The notes beneath the pieces were generated by a model. That model did no database searches. It worked only from the letters and a program-made list of their open reading frames with translations, and was not told where the DNA came from. From the NCBI GenBank assembly GCA_964036045.1, contig OZ038378.1, positions 198,710,001-198,774,000 of the forward strand: a stretch of DNA of 64,000 nt, written 5' to 3'. This document shows, piece by piece, positions 37,101 to 49,085 of this stretch. Position numbers and translations under genes: made by a program. Within the stretch, counting starts at the first letter, position 1. Each line of letters begins with the position of its first letter. Source of the DNA: Eutreptiella sp. 'Long Island Sound 2002' (taxonomy: Eukaryota; Protista; Euglenida).

Positions 37101-37980
37101 TGTTATGGTGCCGTGTGTGCTATAAGGTCACCTGTAATGTAATAGCATCTTGAGGTAGCCGTAGTACATGGTAGTGTCACGGTGCTACCATTGTGCACTA
37201 AGGACTGTGTAGTCGGTTCAGTGGGAGTTGAAGTTTGTTTTGGAACACGCTGAGATGTTGATCAATAAGGCACAGTGGACCAGTAAGAGGTCCACCCACC
37301 TTCAATGAGATAGACTTTTCGCAATACATGGAATTTTGAACGTTTCATCCCATCCTTGCTTCTTTCCTGTGCCCACCTTCCAATGAACCATGGATGTCCT
37401 CACAATATGACTCTAGTTACAATTTACAGACAGAGTTTATTCCGTTTCTTGACTTAATTGTTACGGTGTTGTTGTGTCTTACCAACCGAGCATGCTACCT
37501 GTCACCATTCATGTGTTTTTTCTACTCTGTGGTACCATTGGTACCATTCATTGCTCACAGTTTTGTACGATGGTTCGTGACATGGTGCATCATCTATATT
37601 TTGTCATTTTTGAGTCCATCTTGAAGACCTACCCTAACAATGTCTATTGTATATGTATTTCTTATTCTTGCATGATTATTCTACCAAGGTACATTGCTCC
37701 CAAAATCACCTCGAAGAGAGGTTGTTAGATCAAGCGCAGGCGCGGGCGTCATATACCCCCCCTTTTTGGGGTCATTCGCGTAGCATACCCCAAGGCATGA
37801 TATTGGATGTCCAACCCCTTGTAAAATCATTATTTTGCCCAATAAGAGCATCCCCCAATGGATTTTTTGATTTTGAGGCCTCTACTCCCTAAAACTGGAT
37901 ATCACTTTTTTGAGGGGGGGTGGGGGGGGGGTGGGTGGGTGGGTGGGGGGGGGGGTCAAAAGTTTTTGCTTAATAGGCTA

Positions 37981-38186
37981 CAAGCAGTGAGGACGCACGG
38001 CGCCTGTAACACGGCCAGCGGTCCAATGGTAACGCAGCCGCTTCCGGATGTGCAGGCGTCGGTTCGAACCCCAGTCTACCGAATTTTAGCGCCGCCGCCG
38101 GCGGCGGCGCCAAAGTGGCCGGACTGGGGTTCGAACCGCCGACCACTTGGTAGCGGTCGGATGCATTACCACTCGGCCACTGCTTG
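37981..38186. mobile_element. Foldback element made of two convergent tRNA-like arms
   Basis: CAAGCAGTG/CACTGCTTG termini; GGTTCGAACC B-box on both strands; 22-bp perfect palindrome at 38089-38110. Confidence 0.7.
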
Positions 38187-38514
38187 AATTGCGGCAAAGG
38201 GCCTCCGTGCTGCTTGGGGCCGTATCTGCTACTGACAAAAAACCCAAACTGTGTGTATCTGTCTGACTGCCTGCTTGCTGGCTCAGGGACTGATTGGCTG
38301 ACTGTCAACCTCTCTTCGAGGTGCACTGCCGAAGGCAATAGAATTTGTTTCGATAGATCTCTTTTGCCGGATCCGGGCAAAACGGGATTGCTTGAAGTTT
38401 CAAATTATTTTCTTAGCTCATCAGAACCCTAGTAGTCGCATTTATTGAATATTGTGGCTTTTCAGATGAAGTCCTACATCTCGTTCAAAAACATTGTCCC
38501 GCAAAACATTTAGC

Positions 38515-38925
38515 CACAGAGGGGGGGGGGGGGGGGGCGACTCCGCGGGTCGTAGGACGCCCGCCCCCCCAAGGGGCCAACAGGTAGTTGTCAAAGGTAC
38601 CGGCCGAAGGAGTGCATGGGCGCCAAAGGCGCCCGATGGTCCACAAGCACTAGGACCACATGTGTTTTTTTACCCGGTGCTTGGAGCACCAGATGGTGCA
38701 AGACGAGGCGCTACACAAATGTTGTTTGTTGCTCTTTGAAGATTCCGCCCTCGAAGCTTAGTTCGGAGGTGCCCCCCGGGCAAAAGCCCCTCCCAGAGCC
38801 CCCCCCCCCCTCCATCGCCGACCCCAAAACCTCCCTTCCTAGAACCCCCCCCCCCCCTTCGGGCCAACAGTTAGTGGGGGCGGTTGTTAGTGTCCAAACC
38901 CGAGGAGTCCCCCCCCCCCCCCGTG
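38515..38925. mobile_element. hAT-type MITE with CAC termini
   Basis: Perfect 8-bp TSD CATTTAGC at 38507-38514 and 38926-38933. Confidence 0.85.
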
Positions 38926-40015
38926 CATTTAGCGAAACAAAAAATGGACCCACAAACACTGGTTTGGCGCCTTTGGAGCCCGGCTGTACACATGGACATC
39001 CCTAAGCTTGTGCCTCCGTGTTTTTGCATGTCTCCTTGTTTGCGGCTTTTTTTGTTTCTCTTTGTTTCCCCTGTCTTTGATGACCAAAATTTTGTGGCAA
39101 GCACACCGTTGAGCCTTGTCGCTCCATTGCTCTTTCCCCTCTTGTCCTCTCCTCATCCTCCTCTTCCCTGCCGAATGCCTGGTGTGCAAGGCGGAGATTT
39201 GGGCCCGGCGTGCATTGGGTGTGCAAAGGGCACCATTGGTGCTGTGTGAGGTGCACAGGGCTAGCACAAGGCACCACCGGCCCTGTGCAGTGTGCATAGC
39301 GCCTGCAATGGCCACAACCAACCCTGTGCGGTTTGCGCAGGGCCTACAAAGGGCACCAACCAGGGGCAAGGGTAGGGGCTAGAGTGGGGGTGAGGGCATG
39401 GGCAGGAGCAAGCGCAGGTATAGGGCCTGCAGTGAGCTCACCGCGCCCAATGCGGTGTGCGCAGGGTCCACAAGGGACACAACCGGCTGTGTGCGATGTG
39501 CATAGGTCCAGCAGTGGGTGCCACTGGCCCTGTGCGGCGTGCAAAGGGCCTCCAGTGGGCACAGCTGGCTTGTATGGAGTACACAACAGTGCGCCCCAGA
39601 TGTGGGGCCGGTGCTCACCGAGGGTAGGGCTGAAGGAAGTGCAGGGCAGGTCAAGATGGAGCCGTACAATGTTGAGTGCGGCAGAGTGAGGGGCAGGGAG
39701 ACCATGCACCACGGTGCTCTCCAGCAGCAGGGCAGGGGGCTGGGGGATGGAACGCCCAAGAGCAAGCCCCCTAGCCCAGCCAAGGCTCCGTCGAGGGCCC
39801 GGGAAGTGCATCTCATATGGCCGGCCGATATACTGAGTCGCCAGGGGCGCCATTCCACACGACCTGTGAGCCTTAAGGTCAGCCTCCAGATCCAAATCCA
39901 AACCCTCCTCTTCCCTGCCTCCCCTCCATGCCCTACTTCCTCACCTCTCCCTGTTTGTCTCCTCTGGGTCCCAGTGCCCATCCCTTTCTGCCAATTGCCT
40001 GTCTGCTGATGTCAG

Positions 40016-40204
40016 GTGCAAGTGCTGTTGACACTGCGGGATGTGAAAGAGAAGTCAGCTGCAGTGTGGCCGCATGGCACTATGGATGACATGGAGGTGT
40101 TTGGGGCACGTCTGCTGAGTCCTCTGCCTGCGGCTGCAGCCACAGCCGCAGCTGATTTGGACGGCTCTGATGAGGAATCGTTGCTGAAGACGCTGATGGC
40201 GCAG
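40016..40204 (+). CDS. ITPR: IP3R exon L: VQVLLTLRDV...EESLLKTLMAQ
   Basis: gtcag|GTG acceptor; CAG|GTACAG donor. Confidence 0.75.
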
Positions 40205-41008
40205 GTACAGCAATGCGATCGCACGTGGCAGGGTCGCACCCCCACTGCCCACCTCCGTTCCCCAAGTGGCCCTTCACAGGCCCGCTCCTCCTCAATCATG
40301 GGCCTGCGATGTCCGGATTGCTGGCCTGTATTGGTCTGGGAGCAATCGGCACAGAGCCCCTTTTGCAGAAACGAAGCACTAGTCTGCCTTGAAGCAGGAC
40401 ATGGCCACACCCGCCGAAATACTCCGTTGCAGGGTAGTGTGCAGGGTTTTGCTTTGTGCGCGGCCTACCCTACTGGGGGGGTGCCTGGGTGGAGTTTTTT
40501 GGAATTCTGCGTAGTGGGGAGGTCTGGCAACCCCCCCCCCCCTTGGGGGTAGGCCGCATGCAGGGGTCCTTCAATCCCCGTGCAATGCTTGTGTCTTGTG
40601 CGTTGCACCAGGGGTTGGGTGAGTGGGTGGTCGGGTTGGTGGGTCCGTCAGGTCAAACAGCCCCCGCCCTCCCTGGGGGTAGGATACCTCTGGGTCCTGG
40701 TTGTTCGAAAATGCTGTTTGCATGGGTTTTCCAGCACCCCTCTCCAGCCCGCCCTCCCGTGGCTCAGCAAAACGCTGGTAGTGTGTGGGGCAGCCCTGCA
40801 GAGCCGGAGTGCCAACCCTCTGGCACCCGCAGTTGTTTGTTGCTGCGAAGCAGCCTGACCTTTGTGGCAGGCCTGTGCTTGAATGGGATAGAGGCGCAGG
40901 GTGCGGCGTGATTTTAGAGGTTTCAGAGGTGTTGGGTAGCAAAATGGACCACATTTTCGTGGCTTTGGCAAAGCAAGTGCAGCCCCATGGCCCTGTGGTT
41001 TCCTGCAG

Positions 41009-41143
41009 GTCCATGAGGGCTCCTTTGACACGGCTGTGAAGGTGGGGCTCATGCGCTGCTTTATGGCCGCCATTGACAAGCACAACTCTGGCACGGCCTC
41101 GATTGCCGTGGGCGACTCTGCCACGGCCCTGAGCGACATGCAG
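41009..41143 (+). CDS. ITPR: IP3R exon M: VHEGSFDTAVKVGLMRCF...ALSDMQ
   Basis: ctgcag|GTC acceptor; CAG|GTGTTG donor. Confidence 0.8.
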
Positions 41144-41319
41144 GTGTTGCATGTGTTGCGACGCGTTGTTCTTACTGCTGATGGATTCTCACACGGAATG
41201 GTGTTCTTGTGTTTGCTCTCCAGGGTGCTGCTCTGTGTGTTGCGTATGGTGTATCTGTGTGTGCCTGCTGTGTTGTGTATCTGTGTCTGCGTGTGTGTTG
41301 TGAATGAGTGAATGGGTTT

Positions 41320-43050
41320 ATGTGTGTTCAAGTGTGTGCTGGTGCCCTTGGAACAGGACTACATCTGGTCTCTGGGCCGGCATGCCCTGCCCCACATCTT
41401 CCACAAAGAGTACATGGCGGCGGCCTGCAGGGCGACGCTGGTGGTGGGGTTGAAGCCTCTGCAGGTGCAGTGCCTGCCGAGCTGGTGGACGTAATTGACC
41501 ATAAAGGTGGTCATGATCTCAGGCTCCAGAGGCTGGAGGATGCCGGTGCCCCCCGCCTCCAACACCCCCAAAAGTTCATGGGATGGCTCCCACCAAAGCC
41601 CGCAGTGCCGAGGCCACCGGCACATCCACCGCTGTCCAAACCTGCATGGGCGGAGGCCGCACATCCGCCAGAAATTGGTCCATGCCAGCTTCACCATATG
41701 GGCGTCCATGCGCTGCGGGTCCCAAGATGCCCCAAGATGCCGAGTGTGCGGGTGGGTTTGGCAGATTGCGACTGCCACCCCACATACCATGACCGCTTCC
41801 TGTGATACGCACACCTGATGGACCTGCGTGTGTGGATGCTAGAGGAAGAGCCCTAAGTGGAGGTCCTAGTGCACCCTATCGGGAGAGCGCCCACGGTTGA
41901 GGAGGCCACAGATGCACACGTGGCCTTGGAGGCCGGGTGCAGCAATTTGGGAGCACACGAGGAGGGAGCTGGCCAGCCCAGTTTGGTGCACTGGGGACGC
42001 TGCCATCAAAGCCTGCAGCGTGGAGTGGGCATGAGCACGTAGCACTGGAACCCTAGAGATTCATTCGGAGGATGCTTCTTGATACCCTTGGCACACCGCG
42101 GGGGGTGCTTTGGAGGTTGCGGACCCAATGTTGTGGACCCAGTGTTGTGGATGTGGTGCGGATACTCGATGTCCATATGGACGGCTCCTTCCAGGTGGAA
42201 TTGTTCATCGCTTGAGTGGTGCGCAAGGCGCAAGGAGACCACGGGTGATTTGGGGACGCCGTGATGACCAGTGGTCTTTCACGGACAGCAAGGGCTACGT
42301 CAATGCGGTGCAGTCTCAAAACCCAAATTCCTCCTGTGGACGGATGACCTCCTCCAAGCGTGTTGCCAGTTGGTGGGTTTGGGCTTCCATCCACCGCAAC
42401 ACCTGTATTCCCACTGTGGCGGCACGTTTTTGGGTGCCAGGCCGGAGGAGGCTGATAGGGGAGCCAAGTATAGAGCGTTAGAGCCGAGCCCCAAGTGGTG
42501 TGGTGTAGGAGCCATGCGTGTGCTTCACCATGGGGGGGTGCCCACAACACTCCTTGGACCGCCACATCCACCAGGCGGCCTAGCAGCTTTGGTGCGCGCA
42601 CTTCGGTGTACCGGATCAAACCCCTTAGCATCCTTGAACACGTATTGGGCTGGGCTGTGGTGGAGCGTGGCCTATTGCAATGGGGCACCCACGTATGTAC
42701 AGTGGCCAGGCTGCTTGGCTTGGCCCTTGCCCCCAATGAGCGACTATGTCCGTTGTGCCAAGGGGCCGTGTGTCAGGGACATTTCATGCGCCTCTACCCT
42801 CGGTGGCATGCCTGTGGTGAGGATTGGAGACGGTTTGGTGAGGGTTGGGTGAGGATTAGGTGAGGGTTAATGAGGGTCCTCTGCAAGCCTGAGTGAGGCT
42901 CCCGGAGGACCCCCTCTGGCCTCCTCCGGAAACCTGGAGGACCCTGGAGTAGCTCCCCTGGCCTCTGGAAAACTAGGGGACCCCAAAGGACGTCCTCTGC
43001 ACTCATTCAGGAACCATGAGAACCCGGAGGACCTGACCTGCCTGTTGCCT
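41320..43050 (-). mobile_element. Degenerate LINE 3' part (RNase H-like and Cys/His C-terminal motifs)
   Basis: GVAVDGS (ORF 42053..42736); ICQTHPHTRHLGASW..WTNFW (ORF 41359..41814). Confidence 0.55.
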
Positions 43051-44589
43051 TGCTGTTTAGTCACCCTATGGCGAATATTTGACTGTTTGATGAGGCTTAG
43101 GCGATTGACTGCATGCCTGTTTTCACGTACCATGAGCGTTGTGTATGTGTGCATGTTTGTGTCTGTGCATTGTGGGTTGCTGTGTTGTGTATGTGTACAT
43201 TGTCTGTGTGTGCGTGCATGTGGGCACATGTGTTGTGCACATGTGCCCATTCTGCTAGTTCCAGCGACTTGCAACATGTCCTAGCAATCCCCTGCGCAAC
43301 CTCCATTGGCCTCCAGCTACCTCCTGCACCTCCAGTGCAACCACAAGCAGTTCTCTGCTGCCTCCTATCACCCTTGCATCCCAGGCTGTCCAGGGCAACC
43401 TTTTGCAACATCCCGTGCAACATCTAGCAACCTCCAAAGAACCTCTGCGACATTTTGCAACCACCACTGGAGCCTCTAAAGATCAATTGTTACAACCAAA
43501 TGAGTAAAATGCCACACACCTTGTGCGACAACATTACATAAGCCAAACAAATGCTGCAGGGTGTTCAGGTCAGGACGGTAGTGCCAGTAAATTCCATTGT
43601 ATGTGGTCAACAAAAACTTTTTTTCTTCCCGATTTTGTCAATCAACCAGGCAAACAACCCGTGACAGGACTCGTCAGATGTGGGTGACCCTGCTGTTGTT
43701 GAGGGATCAGTGGCAGCAGCAGGTGGTGCTGCTGCCACTGCTACTGATCCTGCTTCAAATGCTGCTGGTCGAAACTGTTGGGGGATGTCGGCATCGGAGT
43801 AGGTGTCTCCCTCAAGACATACACACACACACACACACACACACAGACACATCAGAGAACTGCCACAGGCACGAACAGAGCGTGGATTGAATCATTCCCC
43901 GACGCGGGGCAATTGGCACACACACAGACACACACACACACACACAGTCCTGTATGACAATGGTGGAGGTTGGGTCTACCACCAGCGCTCAGCAGGCGCA
44001 CACCATCAGTGCTCAAACAAAAAAGCCAACAATTAATGACACCCATGATCCCAGGCTGCCAAGTGAATAGCTCATTATGTCTGTCTACAGAAAGGCACCG
44101 AGTGGCTGCTGTGGCTGCTGACGAGAAAATAAGCCCAGACAACCGCTTTGTTGCTCTGTTCGAGGTTAAATGTGTATGTGCGCATGCGTGCGCACACAAA
44201 CACAGATTCGAGTACAGAGTGCACACACACACGTACACACACAAACACATTGTGCAGCAACTTCTGACACCCATACCACGCCTTGCTGGCACGTGTCATC
44301 TGCAGCAACTACAAACAATTGCGACAAAAGCTGCAGGGATGCACAAACCCTAAATAGCTAATCCAGACAGTGGTAGCAGACCTTGTGGGGGCACCCTCTG
44401 TGCGTCCAACTTCAACAGACCGAAAGACGTCTAGAGCTGCTCTCCAGCTCCTGAGGATTTTTAAGCAACTGCTTTTCTTGCTTTGTTCTTGTCTCGTGTG
44501 TGTGTGTGTGTGTGTGTTTGTGTGTGTGCGTGCGCGTGTGTGTTGTGGTGTCCGCCACATTTCCCACTCACCCACTCGTCTAATCTCAG

Positions 44590-44918
44590 GTACAGATGGC
44601 CAACGCAGGGGCAGCCAAGATGCTGCCGTTGGTGCTGCAAGACCAGGACCGGGAGGTGGTGTCCACCGCCGTGACGTTTGGCACCAGCCTCTTCTTCGGT
44701 GGCAATGCGGCGGTGCAGTCGGCGCTGTTGGCGCATCTCGAGGCCGAAGACAGCTCCCAGGCCTTTGTGCACACGCTCGCCGGCCGCGTGAGGCAGGCGG
44801 GCCAGAGCCTGCGGTACCTCACGTCCGAATTGGCGGTTCTCACTGCGGCCACGCAGCGGCGGTGCACCGACGTGCGGCAGCAAATCCTCCGCAATAAGAC
44901 GGACGTGATGGAGATCCG
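44590..44918 (+). CDS. ITPR: IP3R exon N: VQMANAGAAK...FFGGNAAVQ...VMEIR
   Basis: ctcag|GTA acceptor; CG|GTGTGC donor, phase 2. Confidence 0.9.
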
Positions 44919-45543
44919 GTGTGCCCGGGGGTTGCCTGCGGGGCTGGGGAGGTCAGACGTCGACGGCCCGGGCGGTTTCTGCACTTCAGTGTCCCGTGTT
45001 TGTTCCCAATCGGCACATTCCTTCCCAATGTCTTTTTCAGGGTCACTGTGGGCACTGCAACGCTCAGCTGTGTACTGGCATAGCCAGAAGGGGGGGGGGG
45101 GCGTTCCTGAGAAACCTCATATCATGGGGGGGGGGGGCTTTAAACTCCTCCGTGGAGGGCGGGGGCAGGGATTTGTATTTGGATTTGGGGGCCGATCTTT
45201 AGGCTTACAGGGCCCCTGGGGCGATGCACGTGGCGCTCCCGACGACACTGCATATCGGCCAGCCATGCCATACAATGCACACCCAGGTCCGCGATGGGCC
45301 TCTCCCTGGGCAGGGCCAATTTCATATGGCAGGGGGGGGGGCTTCCCACCCCACCCCGCTTAGAAGGGGGGGGGTGCTTTTACAGGGGGGGGGGGGGCTT
45401 TTGGGGTGGGGTGGGACCAAGTCAGGCCGGCCGACGACGCCGCCACCCACCCTGGGTACCTCCCGGGGTCAGCGGTGCAGCCTGTGAGGGGCAGACGCAC
45501 CACTGCCTCACCAAGTGTGCCTCGAGTGCGCGCGTCGACCGTC

Positions 45544-45874
45544 TAAGGTGAGACCCACCAATTCCCAGAGAGCCGGGGCCTGTCGGCGGGACTGGTGTCT
45601 CTGAGTGTCCGCTCGCATGCCCGTGGTGGGCCTAGCTTGGTCCGGGCGCCTCTCTCCTTCGCGCTATGCATGGTGCTCTCGGCCCCCCCTCACCTGGGGC
45701 CCATTCCGTTTAAGGTGAAACCCGCCAGTTCCCAGAAAGCCGGGGCCTGTCGGCGGGACTGGTGTTTCTGAGCGTCCGCTCGCATGCCCGCGGTGGGCCT
45801 AGCTTGGTCCGGGCAGCCCTCTCCTTCGCGCCATGCATGGTGCTCTCGGCCCCCCCTCACCTGGGGCCCATTCC
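45544..45874. repeat. 167-bp tandem duplication
   Basis: taaggtga at 45544 and 45711; copies highly similar. Confidence 0.85.
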
Positions 45875-47639
45875 ATCGGAGTGCGTGTGTGTGTGACGGC
45901 TAGACGTTCTGCCGATGGACGCCCACTGGGCGGACCAGCGGACGATGGCTCTAGCGCTCCATGACATGACATGACATGGGTGGGGTGGGATGGCATACCT
46001 TAGCACTGTGTATTTTGATCTGTGTCCTGTGCCATCCCATTCTTTTTGTAGCCCCATGACCCATGTCTGATGTTGTTGTAGTGATGATGAGAGTAGTAGC
46101 AGTAGCACAGTAGCACAAGTAGCCGCGGTAGCAGCTCCACCCATGTCAGCATCTCTAGTGGCTGATTTGGAGCCAAAATGTGTGCGTGACTGAAGCACTG
46201 CAGCCAGTTGCCCCTTTTTTGCATGCTCCCCAGGCCTGTGGCATTCAGCCAGGCTGATTTGCTCATTCAGCAAGGCTGATTTGCTCATTCAGCAAGGCTG
46301 ATTTGCTGCCCGTTGGTGCGTGGTGCAGTTTTGTTAACGGGTGTTGTAATTGTTATATTATCTAGATGCTGACTATTAGCTCATGTTTCACATGTTTGCC
46401 CATCAAATGCAATCTCCATTTAGACGTGTGGCAGTGAGGCACCGGTCGTTGAGATGTATGCAGTGCAGACAATGCGCATCATTGTTCTAGGCTTGTTGAA
46501 TTTTGTACTGCTTCATTTCCTGTGGAGTTGCTTCCACCTAGAAAGGAAGGAAGGGTGCATCGAAGGCAGATGTGCTTATGCTTTGTCGGTGGCAACAATC
46601 AACGTTTTTAATAGGTTTTGAATAGCAACCATCCAGATACCACCAAGAATAAACAATCACCTAGGCCACAAATGCTATCACCTTGAAGTTTCAATTTTGG
46701 CGGTCGAGGATTTGGCCCCATCCCACCCCACCCCGTTACAAGGAGGGGGGTGCCCTTAGAGGGGGGGACTTTTGGGGTGGGGTGGGATCCCCCCCCCCCC
46801 CTGCCAAATGAAATTGGAGCCGGCTTCACTGATCCCCTCGGGCCGCGCCAGCCCCCGGCAGCAATGAGCCATGCCTTGCTTGCCACGCAGGGTGCCCTCG
46901 GTGTTCGCCGTGGCCGCGCCCACAGTCCTCGATGGATTGGGTCCCCCGGTGCCCTCGCTTTGACCAAGGCATGCCTGGGTCCACAGCCATACCGTGCCTT
47001 GCCTGAACACCCCTCAAGGGTGGCAGTCTCCCTTCGTTGGGCGCTGGCCCAAAACATTTCCGAATATGCGTGCCAACCGGACCCTGCCCCTTCTCCTGCC
47101 ACATCCCCCTGCACCAACCCCGGCACAGCCCCTTGTGCCCCTACCACAGCCCCTACACGCACCCGCCATCACCCCTGCTACTATCCTTCACACACCCTCC
47201 CCTCCGGCCCTCGGCCTGTACCTCAGTCCGCGCCCCCGCCCCTACACCGCCTTTGACGCGGAGGGAGGGAGGGAGCGGGTGGGGGGGGATAGCACCCCTG
47301 ACGACCCTGTTGATGGGCCGGCTTTGCCATATGAAATGCTCACTGTGGCCCCTGACGGATCTTCCCCGTGTCTCCCTTGGGCGATGCCAGCCCTCAGCGG
47401 CGAAGGGTCACACCCCATTCGTCACACAGGATGCTGCTAATGTGCGCCGTGGCCTCGCCCACAGCCCTCGGCAGACTGCTGGCCCCCACTCCCAGGCGCC
47501 GCCGGCCCTTGGCGCCGTTGGGCTCGCTGGCACCAGGCAGACTGGGGGCTTCTGCCCCTTCGCACGAGCACAGGGCAGAGGGGGAGTGTTTCTGCCTTTG
47601 TGCACTTCGGTGTAGAGCAAAGGGGATGCCGTGCAACAG

Positions 47640-48500
47640 GCCCTCCATACAGGTTTACAAGTGCGATGCTTTGCAACTAGCTTTCGGTGTCGTTGTGCAG
47701 CCGGCACACTGTCACGATGTGCAGCTGGCAATTAGTGACGTTGTGCTGCTTGCACATTGTAGCGCTGTGCAGCCTGCACACTGCCATGCGGTGAGGCGCA
47801 TCGACACACTATGCGGCTGGCTCATTGTCGCGTGGTGCAGCATGCACACTGCCACATGGCTCAGCAGGCACACTGACACGATGTCACTGTCATGCAGTGC
47901 AGCAGGCACACTGTGACACTTCACACCTAGCACTTTGCCACACCGTGTTGTGGGCTCACCGTCACACAATGCTACTTGCATCTTATCATGCTGTGAGGCA
48001 GTTTCACTGTCACGCTGTGCAGCAGGCACTCTCAATGCTGCGCAGCCCGCACTCTGCCACGCTGTGCCACAGGCATGTGGTCATGCGGCACTACTCACTC
48101 ACCGTCACGCTGAGCTTCGGGCACACTGCCACGCGAGGCAGCAGGCACTCTGTGGCGCCATGTTGCTGACGCTCTGTGACTATGTGCAGCTGGCATTCTG
48201 TCACGCAGTGCAGCTAGCACAGTGTGACGCTGTGCTGTTGGCACCCTGTCACGCTTTGCAGTAGGCACTGTGTAAAGCAGTCCACCACCCTGTGCAAGAG
48301 GCACATTGTGACGCTGTGCGGCACACACTCTGTGACGTTGTGCAGCTGGCACACCGTCGCGCTGTGCTGCTAGCACACCATCACACTGTGCACACCGCCA
48401 TGTTGTGCAGCAGGCAATTCTGTGACGCCATGCATCTGGCACTCTGTCACGCTGTGCCGCAGGCACTCCACACACAGTGCAACAAGCACTCGGTCACCCT
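47640..48500. repeat. Degenerate ~24-bp minisatellite (gctgtgcagctggcacactgtcac)
   Basis: Periodic CHAVQ/CDAVQ peptides in ORF frames; ends just upstream of exon O. Confidence 0.8.
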
Positions 48501-48542
48501 ATGCCGGGACAGGGGTGCGTGGCCGTCGCTCTCTGTGTTCAG

Positions 48543-48694
48543 GGGTGTGCTGCGATTTGTGCAGCTGCTGTGCGAAGGGCACCACCTACAAATGCAGAAC
48601 TACCTGCGGGAGCAGCCCGGGAGCACCAGCCCCTGCAACGTCGTGATCGAGGTCATGGGCTTTCTAAAGGAGCCGCTTCGGTGCATTTGTTCAG
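48543..48694 (+). CDS. ITPR: IP3R exon O (RIH-associated): GVLRFVQLLCEGHHLQMQNYLREQ...CICS
   Basis: ttcag|G acceptor, phase 2; G|GTGTGC donor, phase 1. Confidence 0.92.
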
Positions 48695-48794
48695 GTGTGC
48701 GATCTGCAGTTTTAAGCCTACTCAACGTCACTGCCCGTTAGATATTGAAACCTGACTGGATGAACTTTATTAGATGCTGAATGAAGGCCACCGC

Positions 48795-49085
48795 CACGGG
48801 GGGATGTCTCCTTGGTTCTGGTGATGGTATGGTTAGAGGGAGGGCAAGGGGAGGTAAGGGGAGCCTGTGCCCCCCCCCCCCCCCCATGCCCCCCCCCCTC
48901 ACCACCCCAAATTGCCCCACCTGGACCCCCCCTCCCAACCGACCGTCCCAACCGCCCCCCCCCCCCATCGCCCCTCCTTGAACCCCCCCCCATGCCCCCC
49001 CCCCCCCCCCCCCCTGGAGGCCTTCGGCCCACTTCTATTGGGGGGGGGGGGTCGCGTATAAAAGCGAGGAGACGTCCCCCCCGTG
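48795..49085. mobile_element. MITE family E, 291 bp
   Basis: TIRs CACGGGGGGATGTCTCC / GGAGACGTCCCCCCCGTG; perfect TSD GCCACCGC at 48787-48794 and 49086-49093. Confidence 0.9.

Noticed and set aside
38115-38186. Functional tRNA gene on the minus strand
   Set aside because: No acceptor stem and an oversized anticodon loop; treated as tRNA-derived.
39650-39877. Possible extra exon (VKMEPYNV...PVSLK) with AG/GT ends in phase 0
   Set aside because: No IP3R similarity, weak acceptor, and exons K and L already join sensibly; needs RNA data.
44110-44175. SPDNRFVALFEVKC resembles a PD-(D/E)xK nuclease motif
   Set aside because: Isolated short match running into a CA microsatellite, with no supporting context.
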